DNA of 64,000 nucleotides from Mytilus edulis. Lineage: Eukaryota. This document shows, piece by piece, positions 50,112 to 64,000 of the stretch (position 1 is the first letter of the stretch; each line of letters begins with the position of its first letter). The notes under the pieces were generated by a model. That model did no database searches, had not been told where the DNA came from, and saw only the letters and a program-made list of their open reading frames with translations. The stretch spans positions 82,522,001 through 82,586,000 of the forward strand of contig NC_092349.1 in assembly GCF_963676685.1 (NCBI RefSeq), given 5' to 3'. Position numbers and translations under genes: made by a program.

Positions 50112-53066
50112 TCAAACATTAATTCCTACTCAAACATTTACAACAACAAACATGATCAATATATACAGTAAAAATAAATTCAGTTAATTTAGTTCTATAA
50201 TCATCATCTAACGCGTTATATAGTTAGTATTGAAAGTCACAAATTTGTTGTACAGTAACCTTGCATTTGATAGTACTATTGTTCGCACTAGACTTACACT
50301 TGAAGGGCTTGTGTTGTGTATGTTTAATGAAGCTATGTTAGTCACTTGACTTACTTATACTCTTCTGACTGAACATTTATTTTTATTCTATGTTGTTTTC
50401 TTCTGCAAAAATTAATAAGCGAGGCACTTGTATGGCGTATGGCTTACTAGTATTCCAAATGCGGATTTACGTTAAGGGCGGTGCATAATGAAGTAAGTGT
50501 TATACAATAAAGGCAACAGTAGTATACCACTGTTCGCGGATCAATCCGTTAAGCAATCTGTTATGCAACCTGTGTAGGCCATAGCTCTACAGAGGACGGT
50601 TATAATTTTATTATGTTAGCCAGTTAAGGCCATGTCGCGTTTTTACGTTTTTCGCTTTTTTTGCACTTCACATTCTGAGGGGAGAAAATGCGAAAATGAG
50701 AAGTCGCGAAGTCGAAAACGCGACATTGGATTTGATCTCCTTCAGTCACATACCGATAGACTTTTCATGTGATAATTGGATCAATTATAAATGAAGGGAA
50801 CAGTGGTAAACCGCTGTGATAAATCATAAATCGATCAAGAGATTCTGAAAACAAATCCGAATTACAAACCAGAACCGAGGGAAAAAATGGCGAAATGGCG
50901 AAATGGCGAAAACGTGAAAACGTATAAGCCGAATCTTTTTCAAGCAAATCAGCTATGAGCAATGATACCAAAAAGGACGTGAAAAATAATAGCCAAATCC
51001 ATGCATCTTAAGTCGGCTTTGCCTGAAGGAGTTGGAACCTTTGTTTCTTGATAATTTATAAATTTGTAAACGGACAATTTTAAAAAGTTATGTTCTAAAT
51101 CATGCCAGTTAATACGTAGGTAATGATATCCTCGGTTACTGAAAGTCCACCATCGCAAGCAGCGGTATCGACCTAGTGCTATAAAAATATAAAATACACT
51201 AAGTAAAAAGTAAAATCACAAAAGTAAGTCAGTTGTATGTGTCGGAAGAAGCGTTTTCCCTGATTTACATTCACAGGGAACGGTCAAAGTCAAGATAAGA
51301 CATTCAATGTAAAAGAACTGAAGCAGTTGAAAAGTTAATTTTGACCGGAAATTGAACATATTAAAAAAATTGAGATGGTCCCAAAAACGTTTACGATATG
51401 CAATATCAGTAGTGTATCAGAAGTGATAGAAATAATGTGGTCAATGCTACATAAAAGAAGATTACATACAACATGTAAAAGATTAGTGATGTTCTCGTCA
51501 TCTTCAGATAAATATATATCCCTCTTATTATAATAGTTCACGCTAATTCCAAGTATTCCTCCTTTTTATGTTATAACTATTACTAGTATGGGACCCTTGT
51601 ATGGTAGAAAGATGTACATAGGCTACGCCTGCGCAAACAGTATCTTGTCAATTAAAAAATATTGAAGGATAAAAGGAGTAAGAATTGGCTTCTTGTGATA
51701 AACTTATTATTATATCCAAATGGATAAGCATCAATTTAAATAAAGACTTTTAGCAGCAGTCGTCTTGCGACATACAAGGAATATATGCATACTGCAAAGA
51801 TTTTAAATTGTTATCTTTAAGGCGTTATTTTGAGCATAATTTACTACTTTAACAATTGACTTGAAGCTCTACTGCTCGCTTAACTTATGTAACCATTTCG
51901 AATCATTTGCCAAAAAAATATATTGTCGTCATCTTTTACGTATCTAAACGTCTGACTGGAATGCTAGATGGGCTTATTGTGATTATTGCATATGAGGACA
52001 ATTTTCTGTCTATTTGTAAACTCAGAAAAGTGAGAAATGTTTTGGTTTGGGTAATTTTTAGTTGTTCGTTTTTCAATTTTATTTTCAATTTTAATTAATC
52101 GTTTATAATCAAGTGCCATTGTTAATGTTGACGAAACTTGCGTCTACTTTAGCCTGGTTTCTTTGATGATACATTGTAAGTAAAAGATCTAAAACTGTTT
52201 TGATGATCTGGTAAAGTATGTTTTAACTACTCGTTTGTAGCATTGTCATGGTTTGAAAATAACAGCAGAGTTTCTTTCCATACAATTAATATAAAATAAA
52301 TCGTATTGTACCACCGTGTTTTAGCATAACTGTTATATAACAATGATTCAAGTAATTAAAAGTAAAGTGAAGTAAAGTAAAGTATTAAAACGTTTAATCC
52401 CGCTGCAAATCTTTGCACCTGTCCTAAGTCAGGAATCTGATGTACAGTAGTTGTCGTTTGTTTATGTAATATATACGTGTTTCTCGTTTCTCGTTTTGTT
52501 TATATAGATTAGACCGTTGGTTTTCCCGTTTGAATGGTTTTACACTAGTAATTTTGGGGCCCTTTATAGCTTGTTGTTCGGTGTGAGCTAAGGCTCCGTG
52601 TTGAAGGCCGTACTTTAACCTATAATGGTTTACTTTTTAAATTGTTATTTGTATGGAGAGTTGTCTCATTGGCACTCACACCACATCTTCCTATATCTAT
52701 AATCTTTATTTAAAGTCGGGTTGCATATATACATAATAACAAAGAACATGAGCTCTTTAGAGCTCTTTAATCGACTGATATTGATAAACAAAACATACAT
52801 GTAATAACATCAGATACACATATACAACACAAACATACAGACATCACATATATATATATATATATATATATTAAAGTATAAAATAGCACATGCAGAATAA
52901 AAGCTAGGCAAGATATATTAAAACAAATGTAGAGTAGCACATGCAAACTTAAACACTATAAGTACAAACAAAAGACTGCATGCAGCTATAGCAAAGGTAA
53001 TGCATAAGCAAAAGAAATAAATGGCTAAATGGCTAAATAAAAATAACTGCAAAAAGATAAAAAAAA

Positions 53067-53103
<37 letters not shown>

Positions 53104-53117
53104 AGCAGGCTTCGAGA

Positions 53118-55340
53118 TCAAGTTATGAGGCAGCAAGTAAGTACATTATTTACAAGAACTGCATGTACATTTTTCTGAAAAACACCAGGTGGAGATAAAA
53201 ATTTTGAACTGGCCAAAAGTTGATAAGCTCCTTGCCTAATTTGGCAAGGAGTTCCAGAGTATTGCTGCCTCAAAACTAAAGCTTTTCTTACATACCTTGA
53301 TGTTTTTGGCCGTGGTATATCTGCTATGCCTTTGTACCTGAAGTTATATGAATTTTCTTTAATATTTATTAAATTATGTAGGAATTCTGGACTTGATTTA
53401 TTTATTATTTTATATGTCTCTAATGCCATGGTTCTCAATCTTCTGATTTTTAGTGCTGGTAGCTTAGATTGTACAAGAAGTGTATTGTAAGAATTTGTGT
53501 AGTCGTCATAAATAAATCTGAGTGCTCTTTCTTGTATTTTTTTGTTTTTTGTTTTTGTTTTGTTCACTGCAGAAGTGCCATGTAAGAGGACAGTAGCTGA
53601 GGTTTGACATGATAAATGAGTGGTATATTGTGAGTTTAGAAAGTCTTGTGAGATGAGTGCCAATTCTTTTTAGAACGTTTAGTTGTGCTGCTTTTTTGCA
53701 AATATTTGAGATGTGAGTGTTGAAATCCAGTTTAAAGTCTATTGTTACACCGAGAAGTTTCACTTCGTCGTCACATTTTATGTTGAATCCATTTAGATTG
53801 AAAATAATATTTTGAGTGTGTGTTTTTTACCTATGGAAATTGCCTGGAATTTTTCAGGGTTTGCCTGCATTTTGTTGAAAGAGAACCATGCTATTAGGGA
53901 ATTACTATCTTCCTCTAAGGGTTTGATTACTGATTCCAAAGTAGTACCTGTTTTTGAGAGGGTGTTATCATCAGCATAGTTGTATAAATCACAGTGTTTG
54001 ACAAAAAGAAAAATATCATTTATGAAAACATTAAATAATACAGGGCCTAGTATAGACCCCTGAGGAACACCTTTATATATATCTTGCATTTGACTGATAC
54101 TCTGGCCTTTTTTTACACACTATTTTCTTGCAGTCAGATAGCTTTTGAGTAATTCCAGAGCAGATGGACTAAGGCCATATTTTCCAATTTCAAAAGAAGT
54201 AAATCATGTGGGAGACAGTCAAAGGCTTTACTTAGGTCCATTAATATAGCCGCTAAATATTTATTGTTATCCAGTGCCTTTTTCCAATCTTCCAAAATTT
54301 GATAATTTGTTGACTGGCAGCCATAACCAGCTCGAAAAGCCGCAAGAAAATGGTCGAAAATATCATCAAAGTATTTATATATAGTAGTAAGTTGATTTTC
54401 TATGGCTGTTTCAAAATTTTTAGATATAGCAGGTAAAACACTAACTGGTCTATAATTACCCTTTTCAAGAACACTGTTTTTTTGTGAACAGGTGCCACTT
54501 TGGCAATTTTTAATGAGTCTGGAAAAATGGAAGTGGATAATGATAAATTTACAAGCTGTGTGATAGGTTTGATCACTACAGGTTTAGCAGCGTGTACAAT
54601 TTTTGGTGATATACCATCTATACCAGTAGCCTTTTTAACATTTATTTTACCAATTCTTTTAGAAACTAATTCCTCATTTATAGGCTGAAAAATAAGTTTA
54701 TTTGATGTTGACCCGTTTGAGTATTTATTACTTATAGCTTCTATACTTGGGTGTTTGTTATTCACCTGTATGTTCTTGTCACCAATGTTTTTTGCAACAT
54801 TAAAAGTCATTAAAAATTTCAGATATTTCTTGTTGGTTCGTAATGATTTTAATGTTTTCCTGCAGTATGGTTTCTTTTTGGCTGGTGCATCCTTTGTTTG
54901 TAAGGAATGGCTTAACTGTTGGCCAGAAATCTTTCGACTTAGGACCACCTGTGCAGCGTTCTATGAAGTATCTATTTATGGATTGTTTTTTAAGTTTAGT
55001 GACAAAATTTCTTTGTGTTTTGTATGCATCCCATGTCTTGCTGTTATTCATTTTTTGAAATTTGTTGTACAGCATTTTCTTTTTATAAATTGTAGATTTT
55101 AACTGTTTGTTCATGGTATGGTATCTGTTTAGATAGGGTTTTTCTTTCTTTAAAGGATGCATGTTTATTAGCTGTTTCAATAAACTTCTTATTGAAGTTT
55201 TCATACTCAGTATTTATGTTATTATGTGGGTGAACATCCCAATTCAACTCATTCAAATCAGATAAAAAATCATTTACATCAAAACTTTTAAAACTTCTAC
55301 ATTTTCTGTATTTTGGTTTAATATTAGGTCGTTCACATTT
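53118..55340 (-). pseudogene. 5'-truncated, frameshifted CR1-group LINE ORF2
   Basis: KATGIDGI, GVPQGSILGPVLFNVFIND, YADD, KLLGVTID, IQERALR in shifting frames; T-rich and (TA)n tail at ~52850-53100. Confidence 0.85.
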
Positions 55341-56654
55341 TATTTGAACCCCAATCAGGTTCAGTAATTAAGAGAAAAAAAATCATCATACAACAAATAA
55401 CCCTTTTCTATCTCAAATATTTAGAAACTTAAAGCCGGCTTACAAGTTCTTGGTGAGTTGGCTTAGAGACAATCAAAATGCTTTACCCGTTATTTATCTT
55501 TATTGATGCCAATATTTACATTATCATGATCTTATTCATTTTTTTTCAGTAAAATGCATGTATCTTTTTTGTTCGAAAAGCTTTTTGATTTCGCAGAAAG
55601 CACTAAGACGTATTATTTGTTATCTCAACTGACATGTTGTATTCAGTTGAGAAATCACTACAATGAACATTAATGGTTATTTTAAGAAGTATCATATACT
55701 TTATAATATTTATCTTTAAGTACTAATAAAATCTTAATTCTATAATAACTAACAATATCAGTAGGGAAATTATTACTTTAAACTTTATAAAGAGCAGTTA
55801 CGATCATGATGATATTCATACAAGTAATATATGTCTGTATGAGAATTGTTGTCGTGCACTTTTTTTTAAACACTTATCAAGTGCTTTTACCTTGCAGTCT
55901 TTCTGTGATGTAATTATAAGAACTAAAAAATATTAAGGTCACATCTTGGAAGCATGGTATTCCATGGTCACTTTATGGGGACGGTACAATTTGCAGTTGT
56001 CACTACACACAGGCAGACATATACATATATTTAATTGTATTTATTTACAGTGATTGTATGCTTCTAAAATAGATAAGCATCCTGCAATTATACTGAAGAG
56101 ATTAGTAGATGATCATTTCTGTACACTAAAAATAAATACTTCGTGTATTGTATCAGAGATCCTTTTTATAAGCTAGATGGGATAAGGTCGCTGCGCAATG
56201 CTAAGCTGTGTTTTCAAGAAGCTAGAAAATAAAGTACAGGTTCCAGCCCCGGTGACTGGGAGGAAGTTTTAAACGAATCAAATCTACTCTAACATCGTTA
56301 GGTTGATTTTCTAGGTACTTTATATATATACATGTCTCTGGTTATAGGTAGTGTAGTAGATCAACATGTAGGCATTAGACATTAGAAAATATTGTCACAT
56401 AATGACTTGAGCTGAGTATGTAGTGATGTTAACTACTGATACTTTTCAAAGTACAATACTATAAACATGATACATGATAAATAATTTTGGAGTATTTAGT
56501 TCATACTTTAAAGTAATATAATTATAAAAAAAACTTATGAGTAAAAGACGCAATTATTTTATTAACGCAGTCAGCAATCAATAAAAAGTCGTTGTAGTCC
56601 AATCGGAGGTCATATCAGAACCAATGTGTAAAAGGGATCAAAACCATAAGTACC

Positions 56655-57635
56655 ACTTTCCCGTAAATATTCAAAGGTTAATGAATCCAAATTAGAAGAA
56701 TAATAAGTATCTTGTCTTAGGGAGGGATAAATCCTACTTTGTAAAGGATCACTCTTATTCAAACAAATATGCTCTGAAACTGACATTATCAAGAACTTGA
56801 TTTCTTGATTTACAACATATTTGTTACGTTCGGTAGATGTGTTTTTCAACAGACTGTCGGTATTCCAATGGGAAACAATTGTGCCCCTCTTGCCGACTTG
56901 TTTCTTTATTATTATAAGGCTGACTTCATACAGGAACTTCTTAGGAAGAAAGACAAGAAGTTAGCAATATCCTTTAACTTTACCTTCCGCTATATAGATG
57001 ATGTTCTCTCACAAAATAATTCACAAAATTGGGTGACTGCGTTGAACGCATCGATCCCGTCGAAATAGAGATAAAGAATACAACAGATACAGTTAAGTCG
57101 GCCTCATATCTTGACTTACATCTAGAAATTGACAATGAGGGTTGGTTGAAAACAAAACTTTACGACAAAAGAGATGATTTCAGCTTTCCAATTATGAACT
57201 TTCCATTTCTAAGTAGCAACATTCCAGCAGCACCAGTGTGCATACGGGGTATATATCTCCCAATTAATACGATATTCCGGTGGTTATATTTCCTATCATA
57301 ATTTTCTTGATAGAGGGTTGCTGCTCACAAGGAATTCGAAGCTATTAAACCAAATGGTGAAGTTGAAATCATCCCTTCGTAGATTTAACGGAATTCATCA
57401 CGAGTTGGTTGACCGTTCAATTTCACAGATGATATCGAATATGTTTCTTTCGTCGTAACTACAATCCCATTCCCTTTCATGAATGTGACCTTTCGAATTA
57501 GACTATTCACCGGATTTGTTATAATATGCGCAACACGACGGGTGCCACATGTGAATCAGGATATGTTTACCCTTCCGGAGCACCCGAGACCACCCCTAGT
57601 TTGACTGTCCCTCTGGTATATTTCGTCCCTCTTTT
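56655..57635 (+). mobile_element. Second truncated Penelope-like RT copy
   Basis: FQQTVGIPMG, FRYIDDVLS, SASYLDL, KLYDKRDDF; same 3' end gtccctctggtat..ttcgtccctctttt as 18365-19515. Confidence 0.82.
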
Positions 57636-57888
57636 AAAAATATCAATCACAGTCAATTTTTTGTCATGGGAATAAACGGAACATAAAGAAATGTAACAAA
57701 ATAATGTAAATAATGAAAGATAAAGAAAATTATTGAATATTGAAAGATAGAATCACGGTGTGATGTTGGAAATCGAATGTTGATTATCAAGTGTTGAATG
57801 TTTAAAGTTGGATATTTGAATGTTTAATGTCGAATATTAATGTTGAGTCCAACTTTTGACTGTTGTGAAAATTGAAAAAAAAGAAAAT

Positions 57889-58370
57889 TACACGTTATGA
57901 ATTTCATGCGTCCGAAGCGATTTTCTGGATTTACCATTCATCAGAAACGCCCAAAGCCGAATATTTGAAAGCCTTAGATGTATAAGAACCTAAACAGACG
58001 AAAAGCTATGTAACCAAAAAGGACATGCATAAAACAGCCAAATCCATCTACGGTCAACTTTGCCAGAGGGATTTCAGTGAAACCTTAGCTCCCAACAATT
58101 TCGAAGTTCATTAACGGACAAGTTTTTAAATGGGTTGTTATAAATTATGTCAGTACCGAATTACTGACTACTAAGCTGATGGTACACTTGGGGACGAATA
58201 GTCCACCAGTAGAGGTATCGACCCAGTGCTGTAAAATGTGAAAACAACACGTTATAAATGTCATGCGCCCGATGCGCTTTTGTGGATTCACCTTCATCAG
58301 GAACGCTCAAAGTCGACTATTTGAAAGCCACGGATGTATAAGAACCTAAACAGTTCAAGAGATATATAGC
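57889..58370 (-). mobile_element. Retrozyme-like tandem repeat (357-bp period, ~1.3 units) with a hammerhead motif in each unit (family A)
   Basis: Hammerheads at 57908-57950 and 58265-58306; related units at ~59361-59480, ~50990-51290, ~19550-19720. Confidence 0.7.
57908..57950 (-). ncRNA. Minimal type I hammerhead motif (family A), core boxes intact
   Basis: GCGUUU CUGAUGA a UGG-uaaau-CCA GAAA AUCGCU UC^ GGACGC. Confidence 0.68.
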
Positions 58371-58987
58371 CAGAATTGAGACTTGAAAATTATAATTTTG
58401 AATATTGAAAAGAAATACATTTGGCCATGCTTATAATTTTTTTCACACTGAATCAAAACCATTAGAACTACTATCCTTAGACATGCTACATGTCCTTTCC
58501 TAATTATGTTTTTTTTTATAATTTTGCCCCTTTAACAATTTCCTGTTATAACTAGGAGAATACCATTATACTGACATCTGCAGGACAATCAGTACACTGG
58601 CAGTTATCAGTACACATATAAATTAGTAAGAAATAAATAAATAAAAGAAAGGGAATTGTAGCAAGTCTACACTATCCTGTAAATATGCAAATGTTCACGA
58701 ATTCAAATTAGAGGAACATTAAAAATATCAATTACAGTAAAATAACTGTTTTTGGAATAAACGGAGCAAAAGGAAATGTAAAATGTAATAACATCTATTT
58801 CAAGAAATATGAATGTGAATAACTTAATATAAAGAAAATAATATTAAATACTAGTATCGAAAGATCGAATGTGTGATGTTGAATGTTGATTTTCAAGTGT
58901 TGGATGTTTAAAGCTGGATACTAGAATATTGAAAGTTGAATATTAAATGTTGAGTTCGAACTATAAACTGCTGTAAAAAATGAAAAA

Positions 58988-59352
58988 CAAGAATGTGTCC
59001 AAAGTACACGGATGCCCCACTCGCACTATCATTTTCCATGTTCCATGGGGCGTGAAATTGGGTAAAAATCTAATTTGGCATTACAATTAAAAAAGACTAT
59101 AGGGAAAATGTTTACTAAGTTTTAAGTTGATTGGACTTCAATTTCATCAAAAACTGAAACTCCCACTTTCATTTTTGAAATTAGAAAGATCAAATCATAA
59201 GCAACAAGTGTACTAAGTTTCTAGTTGATTGGATTTCAGCTTCATCAAAAACTACCTTGACCAAAAACTTTAACCTGAAACGGGACGGAGGAACGGAGCC
59301 ACAGACCAGAAAATATAATGCACCTCTACTATCGTAGGTGGGGCATAAAAAA
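58988..59352 (+). mobile_element. Short HINE/pearl-like element (copies 35140-35440, 60296-60618 inverted, 61223-61675)
   Basis: acaagaatgtgtcc...(GACG)n...ctactatcgtaggtggggcataaaaa shared by four copies. Confidence 0.8.
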
Positions 59353-62300
59353 TTGTAAAAAACACGTTATAAATTTCATGCATCCGAAGCTCTTTACTGG
59401 ATTTTCCTTCATCGGAAACTCTCAAAGCCAAATATTTGAAACCCACGGATGTAAAAACCTAACAGTTGAAGAGCTATATTACTAAAATGGAGACTACTGA
59501 AAATTATGATTTCAAATATTGAGAAGAAATACATTGGGCCATGCTAGTAAAAAAAATAATGATAAGGTACCGGTACTTTCTGTATCAAACTAACAAATGT
59601 AAAAAAAAAAAAAAAATCAATAAAGTAAAAAAATAATGAATGATGAATACTGAGCCAACTTGACAACCGTAAGTACAATTAAAGAATAAATTGCAACTAG
59701 TAAACATCTAAACAATTATTGGTTATATTTTCAAAAGAGTACATGAAAACAGTTGTCAAACGATGCAATTTCATACAATGGTGTATCTTAGATTAATTCT
59801 GGTCTGTAACGTCAGATCATTATTAAAAGAAAATGACCTTATCTCGAAAGGAACAAAAAATTATATAAATTGATAAAACCACTTCTAGATACAGTAAATA
59901 TGAATTCTTGTTACATGTCTTTAGGTTTGATGTGCCGGGATATGCCAAATTCTAGATAACTTGATATGGGCATTGAAGTTTGAAGCTTATAACTTCAATA
60001 AACACATACGCACACCAAACTGCAATATATGGTAGACTTTATGTCAAATTATAATTCATCAGTATTGCACATATACATGCGATTAACTTAGTCACCTAAT
60101 TTAGGATAATTCGGTGAAATCACATATTTATACAAAAGAAACTTAATGATGATTTCAACAGCTGCTACTCAGAATTTATGAAACACCACCGGAATCTGAG
60201 CAGATAACGACAAATGAGGGTTATGTCAGAAAAAGTCATGTCCTTTATCTTAATTATTTCATAGTATTTGTTTAATCTATATTTGTCTTTTGTATTTTTA
60301 TGCCCCACCTACGATAGTAGAGGGGCATTATGTTTTCTGGTCTGTGCGTCCGTTCGTCCGTCCGTCCGTTCGTTCGTCCGTTCGTCCGTCCGTCCGTTCG
60401 TTCGTCCGTCTGTCCCGCTTCAGGTTAAAGTTTTTAGTCGAGGTAGTTTTTGATGAAGTTGAAGTCCAATCGACTTCACACTTGGTACACATGTTCCCTA
60501 TGATATGATCTTTCTAATTTTAATGCCAAATTAGAGATTTTACCCCAATTTCACGGTCCACTGAACATAGAAAATGATAGTGCGAGTGGGGAATTCGTGT
60601 ACTGAGGACACATTCTTGTTAACCTTAAGTCAATACTTGGTAATATCGTTTCTGACGTGGCTTGGTACTTATACATTACGCAGCTTTGTTATTGTGCTCT
60701 GGTCATTTTATGAAATCTTTTTTGACTGTGCTATGTCTAAAGAGTGTCTACATGCCGTTTTAACATTGTTAATTGTTTTTAAGGTGATTAAGATTATAAC
60801 ACAATGTTGGTTGCTGTTTTTATTTTTACATATCTCTCCTTTGTTATCAATAAATTGTCATATACTGTTGTCAAAATAATAGAATTTTATGAGACTGTCA
60901 TACAAGTGAGAAGTTTAACTAGCTAAAAACCAGATTTAATCCACCATTTTCTACATATAAGGAAATGACTTCAAGTCAGGAATAAGTATGTTGATTTGCA
61001 TACTTTTGATGTCTTTGCTTCTAGTATTTGTTGATGGAATTTTCGTTTTGAATTTTCCTTGAATATAAAAAAGAAGGATGTGGTACCGTATGATTGCCAA
61101 TGAGACAATATCTGTTATTCATCTTTTTTCTACCTCTTAAGTTTTTCTTGCAAACCACTGAATGAACCATAAGACTTTTTGACCATGGGAAATAATTTCT
61201 AGAAGATGAAAAAAATCATATAACAAGAATGTAGGAATGTGTCCTTAGTAAACGGATGCCCAACTCGTACTATCATTTTCTATGTTCAGTGGACCGTGAA
61301 ATTGGGGTCAAAACTTTAATTTGGAATTAAAATTAGAAAGATCATATCATAGGGAACATATGTACTAAGCTTCAAGTTGATGAAACTTTAACTTCATCAA
61401 CAACTACCTTGACCAAAAACTTTAACCTGCACTTCGCACTATCATTTGCTATGTTCAGAGGACCATGAAATTGGGGTCAAAACTATAATTTGGCCTTAAA
61501 ATTAGAAAGATCATATCATGGGGAACATGTGTACTAAGTTTCAAGTTGATTGGACTTCAATTTCTTCAAAAACTACCTTGACCAAAAACTTTAACCTAAA
61601 GCGAACAGACGCACAGACGGAGGCACAAACCAGAAAACATCATGCCCAGCTACTATCGTAGGTGGGGCATAAAAATCAAGGACTCTCCCATTGGCAGTTT
61701 CTATTAATTTTCCCATAGTGAATTTTTCTTACTGTGTAGCAACATTTAAACAGAACCTACATATCATTTGGTGTTTATATATCCCTGCTTTGATAACTCA
61801 TGGCTTGCATCACACTTATAAGTTTCCTTTCTAGATGGTTGCTTTTATCAAGAAAACTATTGAACCAAGGTTTTCAAATCTTGTAGTTTTGTTGAAACCA
61901 GGACGAGCTGCTTTTTATGAAGTTTTTTATGCTTTTGTTTTGTAGTATGTATTGTGACCATTGTTTTCTAATGGTCATTCTTCTCATGGTGTTTTTTCTG
62001 ATTTTTTTGTTGTGTGGGGGTGGGGCTGTTTATCAAACTTGTTTGTTTACATCTTTGTACTAAAGCAAAACGGAACATGACTGAAAGGATCAAAAGGTCA
62101 TTAAAAAAATTGTTATACGAAGTTATATCAAACAATTCATGGTAATTTTTTTGTGCATTTACTACATGCCTTTGCTAACAATTATCTTCTTCTAATAAAT
62201 ATACCTTTGATAACAACTATCTCTTCCTAATAGACTACCCATGAATTCATCATTATTCCTGGATAACTAATTTTCATGGATGTTTTGGGTAAACAAAATT

Positions 62301-63859
62301 GAGAATGGAAATGGGGAATGTGCCAAAGAGACAACAGCCCGACCATAGAGCAGACAACAGCAGAAGGTCACCAACAGGTCTTCAATACATGTAAATCACA
62401 AAATTAAGTGTTTACTGAATTACACATTTTTAAAAAGGTTATATGCAGACTTGGACAAAACCATGGAATCAAATATCCACAAAAAATCAAGTTTTCCCTT
62501 ATCCATGAAAATTGCTTCCGACTATAATAAAAGAGTCCACAGTATTCATTTAAATGAAATAATTAAAATAAAATAGCTGATGCAACTCATTTTGACATCC
62601 TTTTCTTAAACTTGCAAAATATATAAAGATCTCAAGCATTATTATGAGAAATACACAGACACTTATTAAAGTTATTTCTACACAAAAAAGTATTTGCACA
62701 TAGGTAATTCCACTAACAATTCGGTGTGTTTGTGTTCTATTTATACTGTAAAAAGATGCTCTCTATTACATCCATTGATTGGCTTCAACAAGTTTCCTTT
62801 TGTTCATGTCTTTATTCTTAAATTATTTGTTAGTATGAAATGTTTGATGTGTTCATTAATTAATGTGTTTATTAAGACGTTATAAAGTTGTAAAACTTGT
62901 GTCTAATACATTTGTCATTTTGAACAATAAAATATGTTTAAACTAACTTATTTTGGTGACCACACCAATTTCCTTAAGAAAAGCAAAAGAAACATAAAAC
63001 AAAATTTGACTTATTTATTCATGAAAGACAACAATTTGAATGAAAGCTTTTTTAATAGTTCCAAACAATTACATTTTAATCATAAACATATCATGTTATC
63101 ACTCAACATATAACATTAAAATAGATTGCACTTGCCAAAAACATAATTATAAGTTCACATTATCTAAGTATTAATGTTTTCTATAATAAATACAACCACT
63201 TTTTTCATTGAAACAGGAATGTGATAAAAAGAAACAAAATATAAATGTAGCATTTCGAAGATATTGACTTTAAGTCTGCAATTAAAAAAAAAAGAATGGA
63301 GGTCTCCCAAGACCAAAAACCTGACAGGTGGTTATAATAACCATCTGAGAAGTAAATAATCTTTCTTTAAAACTTAACATACAGTTGAAAACCTAATTAT
63401 TTGAGTTGACCAGTTGAAGCTTCTTTCCATGTCATTCAAATAACTTATCCCTATCAATTTTTTTATTCAAATATATTTTTTTTCAAGAGAATTATTCTTT
63501 GAACTTGAAAAAAATGATATCATGAGAAAACAATCAGGTGTTTAGCAAATCTCCACATAAAATCTTATACATATGGCAGAAATGAAATAATGTTCTTATA
63601 TTTCAAATTATCACTCATTAAACTTTTTGTTTCTGATCTAAAACCAATACTACATTTCCTGGAAACTGACATTTATTTCCAACTGCTTCATGTATCCACA
63701 TAATAAAACAAATAAATCCACATCATATTAATATGTATTTTATAACAGTTAATTAAAAATGTAGTTTTGGTGGATAAGCACTCTTTTGAAATGATATGTA
63801 TTTCAATTATACATAATGCACCAACAAATACCTGTAATTTAATTGATCATAATTGATCA

Positions 63860-64000
63860 TCACACAGGATTATCTAATTTATAATCATGCCAGTATTCTT
63901 TCAATCTGTCATCTTTGTTGGAACAAAACTCACGGAAATCAGCCAACATTTTGTCCTGAAAATGTTCATCCCCTGTGTGCGATGTCCGCCACTTTTTAGA
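63860..64000 (-). CDS. Terminal coding exon of an unidentified gene (extends beyond the window)
   Basis: Open frame SKKWRTSHTGDEHFQDKMLADFREFCSNKDDRLKEYWHDYKLDNPV*, higher GC than the flank, followed by repeat-poor AT-rich 3'UTR-like DNA containing AATAAA. Confidence 0.55.
   Translation of the reverse strand, partial: SKKWRTSHTGDEHFQDKMLADFREFCSNKDDRLKEYWHDYKLDNPV

Overview
AT-rich, intron-containing animal genomic DNA. The repeat families point to a bivalve mollusc, probably mussel-like (inference). I reconstructed three host genes by hand from GT-AG exons: a secreted C16orf89/UPF0764-like gene (+, 14134-25485, 7 coding exons), RNA polymerase II subunit RPB11/POLR2J (-, 44596-37249, 4 exons), and a class I SAM methyltransferase (+, 45919-50111, 4 coding exons) lying head-to-head with POLR2J. 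The last exon of an unidentified gene (-) enters at the right edge. The rest is dense in mobile DNA: Penelope-like RT fragments, degraded LINEs, tRNA-derived SINEs, MITEs with TIRs, Helitron/Helentron (HINE)-type elements and a 13-copy 166-bp satellite. The most striking object is a near-intact two-ORF LINE (-, about 5421-11138). Its 5' end is fused to 1.5 copies of a 441-bp, highly structured, tRNA-headed unit, and the whole 6.4-kb composite is bounded by (TA)n on both sides. The window also holds several minimal type I hammerhead ribozyme motifs in two related repeat families, one with a 357-bp tandem period typical of retrozymes.
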